DNA from: Candidatus Sungiibacteriota bacterium | GTDB lineage: Bacteria > Patescibacteriota > Minisyncoccia > Sungbacterales > HO2-52-23 | DNA length: 64,000 nucleotides | Direction of reading: 5' to 3' | Assembly (NCBI GenBank): GCA_016432465.1 | Contig: CP066690.1 | Span: 526,823 to 590,822, forward strand | Part shown: positions 24,422-32,319 of the stretch, one piece after another | Layout of the letters: each line of letters opens with the position of its first letter | Position numbering within the stretch: position 1 is the first letter of the stretch | Position numbers and translations under genes: made by a program | The notes under the pieces: model-generated | The model's database searches: none | What the model was told of the DNA's origin: nothing | The model's input: only the letters and a program-made list of their open reading frames with translations

Positions 24422-25756
24422 ATGGAGTCTTTAATGGATAAAATTGTATCATTGGCCAAGCGTAGGGGATTCATCTTTCCGGGTTCTGAAATCTACGGGG
24501 GGCTTTCGGGCACTTGGGATTACGGACCGTTAGGGGTGGAGCTGAAGAATAATATCAAGAGGGAATTTTGGAAGGCAATGATTTATGAGCGTGACGATAC
24601 GGTTGGTTTAGACGCTTCTATTTTAATGAATCCCAAGGTTTGGGAAGCGTCGGGCCATACGGAAGCTTTTACCGACCCCTTGGTGGAGTGTAAAACTTGC
24701 CACGAGCGTTTTCGCGCCGATCACGAGGAGGAAGTCAAGGAGCACGAGGAAGAACATAAAAAGAAAAAAGAAAAAGTTTCCTGGACTAAACCTAAGAAGT
24801 TTAACTTACTGGTGGAGTCTAAACTCGGCGTGGTTGAGGGCGAGCAGCAAACCGTTTATTTACGCGGCGAGATTACTCAAGGAGTCCATGTTAATTTTAA
24901 AAATATTCTTGATTCCACGGCGCGAAAATTACCTTTCGGAATTGTACAAATAGGCAAGGCCTTTCGCAACGAAATCACGCCCGGCAATTTTATTTTTCGC
25001 TCGCGCGAATTTGAACAGATGGAACTTCAGTGGTATGTGAAGCCGGATGCGACCGAATCCATGAAGTGGTTTGAGTACTGGAAAGAGGAAAGGGTGAAGT
25101 GGTATCAGGGGCTGGGCATCAAAAAATCTAAGTTGCGTTTCCGGGAACACGGGTCGGATGAGCGCGCGCACTATGCCCGTGCGGCTTGGGATATTGAGTA
25201 CGATTCGCCTTTTGGCGGATGGAAGGAATTTGAGGGGGTTCATCACCGTGGCGACTGGGACTTGTCGCGTCATGCCAAGTTTTCCGGCGAGGAACTGACT
25301 TATTTTGATGAGGAGAGTAAAATACGCTATATTCCGTGGGTTATTGAAACTTCTGGCGGGGTGGATCGCGCCGCGCTATTTTTCCTTATTGACGCTTATG
25401 AGGAAGATGGCGATCGGGTAGTGCTTAAACTTCATCCGCGCCTTGCGCCGATAAAAGTTGCCGTATTTCCGCTTCTTGCCAATAAGCCGCAGTTAGTTGA
25501 GAAAGCGCGAGAAATTTATAAGGCCCTGAAAGCCGAAGTCGCGCATCTGGGGACCGCGATGGCTTGGGACGATCGCGGCAATATCGGCAAACGTTATTAC
25601 GCCCAAGACGAAATCGGTACCCCGTGGTGTGTTACCGTAGATTTCCAGACACTTGAGGACGATACAGTGACAGTAAGGGATAGAGATACTGCTAAACAGG
25701 AGCGAATCTCAATCGGGGAACTCGCCACGTATTTTAATTCTGAACTTAATGTTTAA
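24422..25756 (+). CDS. glyQS: glycyl-tRNA synthetase (alpha2 type)
   Basis: Class II GlyRS N-terminus GFIFPGSEIYGGLSGTWDYGPLG. Confidence 0.9.
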   Translation: MESLMDKIVSLAKRRGFIFPGSEIYGGLSGTWDYGPLGVELKNNIKREFWKAMIYERDDTVGLDASILMNPKVWEASGHTEAFTDPLVECKTCHERFRADHEEEVKEHEEEHKKKKEKVSWTKPKKFNLLVESKLGVVEGEQQTVYLRGEITQGVHVNFKNILDSTARKLPFGIVQIGKAFRNEITPGNFIFRSREFEQMELQWYVKPDATESMKWFEYWKEERVKWYQGLGIKKSKLRFREHGSDERAHYARAAWDIEYDSPFGGWKEFEGVHHRGDWDLSRHAKFSGEELTYFDEESKIRYIPWVIETSGGVDRAALFFLIDAYEEDGDRVVLKLHPRLAPIKVAVFPLLANKPQLVEKAREIYKALKAEVAHLGTAMAWDDRGNIGKRYYAQDEIGTPWCVTVDFQTLEDDTVTVRDRDTAKQERISIGELATYFNSELNV

Positions 25757-27023
25757 AAAAATAATTTTAGACAACGGACTGCGGGTTATTACCGCGCCCA
25801 TGCAAGGGACCAATACGGTCACTGTTTTGGTATTGTGCGGCACTGGCTCGGATTATGAATCGCGAGAGATTAACGGCATATCACATTTTCTGGAGCACAT
25901 GTTTTTTAAGGGGACAAAAAATCGGCCAAGCCCAGATGTTATAAAACACGAGCTGGACAGCATGGGCTCAATCTCCAATGCTTTTACGAGCCACGAAATT
26001 ACCGGTTATCACGTCAAGGCGGGCAAAACATATTTAGATCAATCTCTTCATCTTCTCTCCGATATTTATAAAAATTCCACCCTACCCAAAGAAGAGATTG
26101 AACGGGAAAGACAAGTGGTTATTGAAGAAATGCACAAAGACCGTGATACCCCCACGCTTTACGTTAACTGGGTTTGGGAGCACTTGCTTTATGGCGATCA
26201 GCCGGCCGGCTGGGACGTGATTGGAGAAGAAAAAATAATCCGCGCGCTAAAACGCGAGGAGTTTGTTAATTATTTTAATCATCAATATGTTTCTTCCAAC
26301 ACAGCGGTTGTTGTTGCCGGAAACTTTGATGAGGCGGCCACCGCACGGCTGGTTAAGGAATTATTTTCTGATATTAGGCATGAGCCGCCTTTTCGTTCCA
26401 AGCCGCCCCTGCGGGAAGCGCAAACAACGCCTCAAGTAAAAATAATTTATAAAGAAACTGACCAGACGCATCTTATGATTGGGTTTCGCGGATACGATGC
26501 TTTGCACGATAGACGTTATGTCGCCGAAGTTTTAGCTGCGGTTTTAGGCGGTTCCTGGAGTGCTCGCATGTGGGATCGTATTCGGGATAAATTGGGTCTT
26601 GCCTACACGGTTTGGAGCAGCCACGAATCCTATTCCAATCGCGGCTACCTTGTTACTTACGCCGGAGTTGATCATGGAAACGTAAAGAAGACCGTGCGCG
26701 CTATTTTGGAAGAATATAAAAAAACATGCGAGAAGCCGATTGAAAACGGAGAGTTGAAACGGGTCAAAGATTATATCCGCGGCACCACATTGATTGGTCT
26801 TGAGGCCTCCAATGCCGTGGCGAGTTTTGTAGGAGTGGAAGAGATGGTAACAGGCAAGCCCGTGACAATAGAAGAAGTTTTTGCTAAAATAGAGGCGGTA
26901 ACAGCTGACGATTTATGTGCGGTTGCAGGAGAGATATTCAGACCGGAAAGTTTGAATCTTGCCATGATCGGACCGTTTAAAGATACTGCTGAACTTGGAA
27001 AGATACTTGGAGAGTTTAAATAG
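25749..27023 (+). CDS. M16 family zinc peptidase (pitrilysin/insulinase-like)
   Basis: Inverted zinc motif HFLEHMFFKGT (HxxEH). Confidence 0.85.
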   Translation: MFKKIILDNGLRVITAPMQGTNTVTVLVLCGTGSDYESREINGISHFLEHMFFKGTKNRPSPDVIKHELDSMGSISNAFTSHEITGYHVKAGKTYLDQSLHLLSDIYKNSTLPKEEIERERQVVIEEMHKDRDTPTLYVNWVWEHLLYGDQPAGWDVIGEEKIIRALKREEFVNYFNHQYVSSNTAVVVAGNFDEAATARLVKELFSDIRHEPPFRSKPPLREAQTTPQVKIIYKETDQTHLMIGFRGYDALHDRRYVAEVLAAVLGGSWSARMWDRIRDKLGLAYTVWSSHESYSNRGYLVTYAGVDHGNVKKTVRAILEEYKKTCEKPIENGELKRVKDYIRGTTLIGLEASNAVASFVGVEEMVTGKPVTIEEVFAKIEAVTADDLCAVAGEIFRPESLNLAMIGPFKDTAELGKILGEFK

Positions 27024-27024
27024 T

Positions 27025-28068
27025 ATGCCAACCAAAGACACACCCCATATTCATATTTCAACCGGCACCATAATCAGGTTTTTCCTGGTTATTTTTGGCA
27101 TTGCGGCTCTCTACATCGTACGCGATGTTTTGGCCGCGCTTTTTTTGGCGGTTATAATAGCCTCGGCCTTGGAGCCGGCGATAGACTGGCTGAAAGAGCG
27201 AAGAGTGCCAAGGCTTGTTAGTGTAATTTTGATATATCTTGGTATTACTCTTGGTTTTTTCTTTCTCACGTATCTTATTTTTCCGTTACTTATTGAGGAG
27301 TTGCGAAGTATCACTTACACCTATCCGGTGTTGGAACGCGAGGTTCTGCGCGGCGTACGGCAGGTGGGAGAGCTTCCTTTTCTCTCTTTTCTTACTATTG
27401 ATTTTGAAAGTTTAGTGGGCGCATCCTCGGCCTATCTCGAAAAACTTGGCGGGGGAATTTTGAATTTCGCTTCGCTGGTGTTTGGGGGAGCATTCTCCCT
27501 TTTTCTTATTGTTATCTTCTCTTTTTACCTTGCTATTCAAGAAAGGGGTATTGAAAGTTTTCTGCGTCTCGTCTCGCCAGTTTCTCAGGAGCCTTATGTT
27601 ATTGGTTTATGGGAGCGGTCGCAAAGAAAATTGGGGCGTTGGCTGCGGGCCCAAATGTTACTGGCCGCACTCGTGGGCGTATTGATATTTTTTGGTCTAA
27701 CCTTTTTGGGTATTAAACACGCGCTTCTTTTTGCGGTTCTGGCTGCGCTTTTTGAAGTGATCCCTGTTGCTGGGCCAATTTTAGCCTCGGTCCCGGCAGT
27801 GATGATAGCCTTTCTTACTTCACCACTCTTGGGCGTTGCCGTGGCCGCGCTTTATCTTGGGGTTCAGCAGTTTGAGTCGCATGTCATAGTGCCGGTGGTT
27901 ATGCGCAAAACCATTGGACTCTCACCACTTGTGGTGGTGCTGGCTTTATTGGTGGGTCTAAAACTGGGAGGAATTTTTGGTGTTTTACTTGCGGTTCCAG
28001 TTACGGCCATTTTGGCGGAGTTGGTGAATGACTGGGATAAAAAGAAGAGGGCATTGATACCGGAGTAA
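27025..28068 (+). CDS. AI-2E family transporter (PerM/UPF0118)
   Basis: About 8 TM helices. Typical AI-2E topology and conserved C-terminal segment. Confidence 0.75.
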   Translation: MPTKDTPHIHISTGTIIRFFLVIFGIAALYIVRDVLAALFLAVIIASALEPAIDWLKERRVPRLVSVILIYLGITLGFFFLTYLIFPLLIEELRSITYTYPVLEREVLRGVRQVGELPFLSFLTIDFESLVGASSAYLEKLGGGILNFASLVFGGAFSLFLIVIFSFYLAIQERGIESFLRLVSPVSQEPYVIGLWERSQRKLGRWLRAQMLLAALVGVLIFFGLTFLGIKHALLFAVLAALFEVIPVAGPILASVPAVMIAFLTSPLLGVAVAALYLGVQQFESHVIVPVVMRKTIGLSPLVVVLALLVGLKLGGIFGVLLAVPVTAILAELVNDWDKKKRALIPE

Positions 28069-28070
28069 CG

Positions 28071-28222
28071 CGCGGGTCCCTCTCGGCAATTCTCGTCGAA
28101 AACACGCACGGCTGGTCCAGCGACCAACCGTGTTCAGTGTTCGGTCGCCCATTCCGCCTTCGGCGGAAACCATGCTGGGCGACCTCTCAATGGTTTTCTT
28201 GCGAGAATTGCCTCGATCCCGC
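28071..28222. ncRNA. candidate structured RNA / long multi-stem element (strand unknown)
   Basis: Closing helix CGCGGG+TCGGCAATTCTCG pairs with CGAGAATTGCC+CCCGCG. Nested helices GGTCGCCC/GGGCGACC, AACACG/CGTGTT and CCGCC-UUC-GGCGG. Confidence 0.3.
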
Positions 28223-28235
28223 GAATCCCGTTATC

Positions 28236-28775
28236 TTAAAAGAGAAGATAGAATGCAAGGAAAAGAATCAATAGTTGAAACGGGACCCCGATTAAAGGAT
28301 AGGGCCCTAATTTTATTTTGGTGTGGGTGAAGGAGTGGAAGTGATGAACTGGGGAAAGAAAATTTAATTTACGCGTATAAAAAAGTCCTTCCAAGAAATC
28401 CGGCAGAGCGCCGCCGATTATAATTAATATCGCGCGGATCCATTCGTTGGGTGTTGCTGGCGATAACAATAAAAACACGAGCGCGGCGCCTAAAAATCCG
28501 TCTAGAGTAACACGTCCTAAATCGCCCAGAATTGTGCGCCGCGAAAACTCCCAATGGCGTTTTTCGTTATCTTCGTCGTCCGCAGCCGATTTTAACTTAT
28601 AATCCCAGTGCGGTATGGCGTCAGAAAGATAGTGTGAAGCAAGCGCCGCAAGAAAGGAAAAAGCGGGATGTATTGAGGCGAGCGGCTTGGTAACTGCGGC
28701 GGCGATAATGGTGTGTGTAGTTAGGGTCACAATAGTTATGTTATACAATTCCCCGCAAATTAAAAGAGCACCCAA
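28236..28775 (-). CDS. hypothetical membrane protein (possible membrane-bound metal-dependent hydrolase-like)
   Basis: Hydrophobic helices. Conserved His/Asp residues. No firm family assignment. Confidence 0.45.
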   Translation of the reverse strand: MGALLICGELYNITIVTLTTHTIIAAAVTKPLASIHPAFSFLAALASHYLSDAIPHWDYKLKSAADDEDNEKRHWEFSRRTILGDLGRVTLDGFLGAALVFLLLSPATPNEWIRAILIIIGGALPDFLEGLFYTRKLNFLSPVHHFHSFTHTKIKLGPYPLIGVPFQLLILFLAFYLLF

Positions 28776-28780
28776 GGGTG

Positions 28781-29248
28781 CTACTTTTTGTCTATTAGAC
28801 CAAGGAACTTTCTTACACTGGTGAGTGGGGTGTTAGAACCCATTACTATTATTCCGTAAGAATTAAAATAGGTTTCCCCCCAACGATTATGTAATATTAT
28901 TATTTCTACACCCTCCTCAACCAGTTTTTGTAAAGAGCCCATAACCTCACTATCATTCATAATTGTTTTGTAAAGCTCCTCGCAGTGGCTGTTATCGCTA
29001 TAGAGATTAGTTGCAACACATTTCGCTGGCCCGCTTTGCAGAAGTTCTTTTATTTTTTTATCTTCAGCTTCTTTCTCTGCCTTAATCGCCCTTGATTTCG
29101 TAACAATTTCTTCCAGCATAGAAACGTTGCCGGCGGGGGGGCGTACTACGGTTTTGGGCGCCTGTTTTTCCGGCAAAAAGAAAGTTACTGCTATAATTAT
29201 TACTAGGATAGAGAGCGCGACGATATCGGCGGTCGTCAGCCTTCTCAC
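28781..29248 (-). CDS. hypothetical membrane-anchored protein
   Basis: N-terminal TM helix, then a soluble domain. Confidence 0.5.
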   Translation of the reverse strand: MRRLTTADIVALSILVIIIAVTFFLPEKQAPKTVVRPPAGNVSMLEEIVTKSRAIKAEKEAEDKKIKELLQSGPAKCVATNLYSDNSHCEELYKTIMNDSEVMGSLQKLVEEGVEIIILHNRWGETYFNSYGIIVMGSNTPLTSVRKFLGLIDKK

Positions 29249-29300
29249 TCTTTTGCTCCTTGAAGGATCGTCATAACGAGGTTATCATAAGCCTATATTT

Positions 29301-30776
29301 ATGTCAAGCAAGTTTTATATTACCACCAGCATCCCTTACGCTAATGCCGCGCCTCATGTGGGGCATATTTTGGATCCTTTGATTGCGGATGTTTTGGCAC
29401 GATATCACAGAATAAAAGGTAAGGAAGTAAGATTTTTGGTAGGTACGGATGAGCACGGAGCAAAAATTGTTCGTAAAGCCGAGGAAGAAGACAAGACACC
29501 AAAAGAGCTGGTTGACGAAAATTCAGCAAAATTCAGAGAAATGCAAAACACTCTGAACATTTCTTATGACGATTTCATCCGAACCAGCGACCAAAAACGC
29601 CATTGGCCCGGCGCGGAAAAAATGTGGCGGGAGATGGTTGCTTCCGGTGATATATATAAGAAAGAATATCACGGCCTTTATTGCGTGGGCCACGAAGCTT
29701 TTGTTACTGAAAAAGATTTAGTAAATGGCAAGTGTCAGGACCATCAAAAAGAGCCGGAAGCGGTTGAAGAAGAAAATTGGTTTTTCCGACTGTCAAAATA
29801 TGCCCAAGAAATAGCGTCAAGAATTAAGAATGATGAATTGCAAACTATACCGGAGTCTAGAAAAAACGAGATTTTGTCTTTTATTGAAAGCGGCCTTGAG
29901 GATGTTAGTTTTTCGCGTCCTGCCAAGGATTTATCATGGGGCGTTCCGGTTCCCGACGACCCCACCCAAACGATGTATGTTTGGTCAGACGCCTTGGTTA
30001 ATTATATTTCTGCTATTGGCTACGGACACGATGATCCGGAGTCACAGTTGTCACTTAAAAAATGGTGGCCAGCGGATGTGCAGGTAATTGGGAAAGACAA
30101 TCTCCGATTTCACGCCGCAATCTGGCCCGGAATGCTTTTATCAGCGGGCCTTGAATTGCCTAAAGCAATTTTTGTGCATGGATTTGTTAACGTGGAAGGG
30201 CAGAAAATTTCTAAAACCGTGGGCAACGTGATACCGCCCGAAACGGTAGTGCAAAAATATGGTGTGGACCCCGTGCGTTATTATTTTTTGCGCGAGTTCC
30301 CCTCATATGAGGACGGCGATTTTAGTTATAAAAAATTTGAAGATCGGTATAACGGGGACTTAGCCAACGGTCTTGGGAACCTTGTGGCGCGCGTCTCTAC
30401 TTTGGGAGAAAGTATAAGTCCGATTCATTTTGATTTTCAAAAGGATATTATCACGGAAGCAAAAAAAGAAACCGCGCGCGTCTTTGCCGAGTACGAAAAA
30501 CACGTCACCGAAGTTCGTCTGAATGAAGCGCTCGCCATTGTCTGGGCGCTGGTCTCGTTTACGGATAAGTATATAAATGACGAAAAACCATGGGAGAAAT
30601 CCGGGGATGATTTTAAGGGGGTTATTATCAATGCTGCTTATGTAATTGGCGTAATTTCCAACCTCCTTCAGCCGTTTTTGCCCCAAACCGCAGAAAAAAT
30701 CAGCACGCAGATTTCTTTTGAAGACTCGGTGGTGCGAGTTAAAAAAGGAGTGTCGCTCTTTCCGAGGTTAAAATAA
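29301..30776 (+). CDS. metG: methionyl-tRNA synthetase
   Basis: HIGH-type PHVGH and KMSKS-type KISKT. MetRS core. Confidence 0.9.
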   Translation: MSSKFYITTSIPYANAAPHVGHILDPLIADVLARYHRIKGKEVRFLVGTDEHGAKIVRKAEEEDKTPKELVDENSAKFREMQNTLNISYDDFIRTSDQKRHWPGAEKMWREMVASGDIYKKEYHGLYCVGHEAFVTEKDLVNGKCQDHQKEPEAVEEENWFFRLSKYAQEIASRIKNDELQTIPESRKNEILSFIESGLEDVSFSRPAKDLSWGVPVPDDPTQTMYVWSDALVNYISAIGYGHDDPESQLSLKKWWPADVQVIGKDNLRFHAAIWPGMLLSAGLELPKAIFVHGFVNVEGQKISKTVGNVIPPETVVQKYGVDPVRYYFLREFPSYEDGDFSYKKFEDRYNGDLANGLGNLVARVSTLGESISPIHFDFQKDIITEAKKETARVFAEYEKHVTEVRLNEALAIVWALVSFTDKYINDEKPWEKSGDDFKGVIINAAYVIGVISNLLQPFLPQTAEKISTQISFEDSVVRVKKGVSLFPRLK

Positions 30777-30886
30777 ACCCCGCACTAATTTCGTTTAGAG
30801 CATTTCTTTTCAGAAAATAGTACCTCGGTAGCGCCTTCGGCTTACGTTTTCCCAGTTTAAGTTTATCTTAAAATTAGTGCGGGGTT
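30776..30886. repeat. 16-bp perfect inverted repeat (AACCCCGCACTAATTT / AAATTAGTGCGGGGTT) enclosing 79 nt, followed by a T-rich tail
   Basis: Read directly. Starts at the metG stop codon. Confidence 0.7.
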
Positions 30887-30970
30887 CTGTTATTTGTTGC
30901 TAAATTTTCTTCTCCTGACGGATTGAAAATTTAGACAAATAACGAAAAAGGCGGGAATCTCTTCCCACGG

Positions 30971-30999
30971 CTAAAATAATAGCGGGAACGTGTTCCCGC
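30971..30999 (-). terminator. rho-independent terminator for the minus-strand gene 31012-31365
   Basis: GCGGGAAC-G-TGTTCCCGC hairpin followed, on the minus strand, by UAUUAUUUUAG. Confidence 0.55.
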
Positions 31000-31011
31000 G
31001 AAAGTAGGTTC

Positions 31012-31365
31012 TTACTGAGGGGCCTCGACCGCACTCTCCGCTTCGCCCAGCAAAAATTTAATGATCTTCTCCGGCGGATCGTTGTGGTTGATATAGATGG
31101 TTCCGTCCACGACGTACGACTCGTTAGCGAGAGACATATCTATATGGTGGCCTTTTGCTATAGCAAGAGCCTCTGCTAGGTCTGGACTATCGGTTACCAG
31201 TAGCGCAAATACTTCAAAGTCAGCGTCACTGCGTCCCTCGTTTTTTCCGATTCCCAGGCTCTTAAGGTATTCCACGGCCTTTCTTGTCCTTACACGTTCA
31301 GCAGCAATCTCTGCGTTTGTTTTACGCCTCGCGATTACTTGGGCGATAGCACCTTTTTCGTTCAT
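31012..31365 (-). CDS. hypothetical protein
   Basis: ORF with a downstream terminator. No family recognised. Confidence 0.5.
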   Translation of the reverse strand: MNEKGAIAQVIARRKTNAEIAAERVRTRKAVEYLKSLGIGKNEGRSDADFEVFALLVTDSPDLAEALAIAKGHHIDMSLANESYVVDGTIYINHNDPPEKIIKFLLGEAESAVEAPQ

Positions 31366-31398
31366 CCTTCGTCCTCCCCAAGCCCAATATCATTATAA

Positions 31399-32319
31399 GT
31401 GATAGACAAAAAGATGTCAACCCCAAAACTTTTTGATGCCCATACTCATATTCAATTTGCGGCATTTAAAGACGACGCGGATTTGGTTGTTAAACGCGCC
31501 TTGGATGCAGGAATTTGGATGGTAAACATCGGAACGCAGAAAGATACTTCGGCGCATGCGGTGGAGATGGCGCAAAAATACCCCGAAGGAGTGCATGCGA
31601 CTGTGGGGCTTCACCCGATTCATACGGAGCGCTCGTACCACGACCCACAGGAACTCGGAGAACCATCATCTCTAGTGTTCTCTAATTCGCGCGAATTAGA
31701 GAATAAAGAAAAAGAAAGTGGGAAAAAGAGTGAACAGGATGGGGGTTTTACCAGTCGCGGAGAAGAGTTTGATTATGAGTATTACAAAAAATTAGCGCAG
31801 GATCCGAAGGTTGTTGCAATTGGCGAGTGCGGCTTGGACTACTATCGTCTAGGCCCGGAGACGCGAGAAAAACAAAAAAGTGCTTTCTTGAAGCAGATTG
31901 AACTTGCGCATGAAGTCAAAAAACCGCTAATGATCCACTGCCGGAATGCCTTTTCCGATTTAATTGCTATCCTGCAAACTTATAACCCACAACTTACAAC
32001 TCCGGGCGTGGTTCACTTTTTCTCCGGCACCAAAACCGACGCAGAGAAACTTCTTGATATGGGTTTTTCGTTTACTTTTGGGGGTGTTATCACGTTCGCC
32101 CGCGACTATGACGAAGTGGTACAATATATTCCATTGGAGCGAATAATGGTTGAAACCGATGCGCCTTATGTTGCGCCTACGCCCTATCGCGGAAAAAGAA
32201 ACGAACCAGCATATATAATAGAAGTAGCCAAAAAGGTGGCCGAACTTAAAAATTTGTCTTATGAAGAAGTGAGCACCAAAACCACCCAGAACGCATTAAA
32301 AATTTTTGGAATTCAATGA
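31399..32319 (+). CDS. tatD: TatD family hydrolase/DNase (with a low-complexity insertion)
   Basis: LFDAHTHI, GECGLDYYR, MIHCRNAF, VHFFSG and ETDAPY motifs. Confidence 0.85.
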   Translation: MIDKKMSTPKLFDAHTHIQFAAFKDDADLVVKRALDAGIWMVNIGTQKDTSAHAVEMAQKYPEGVHATVGLHPIHTERSYHDPQELGEPSSLVFSNSRELENKEKESGKKSEQDGGFTSRGEEFDYEYYKKLAQDPKVVAIGECGLDYYRLGPETREKQKSAFLKQIELAHEVKKPLMIHCRNAFSDLIAILQTYNPQLTTPGVVHFFSGTKTDAEKLLDMGFSFTFGGVITFARDYDEVVQYIPLERIMVETDAPYVAPTPYRGKRNEPAYIIEVAKKVAELKNLSYEEVSTKTTQNALKIFGIQ

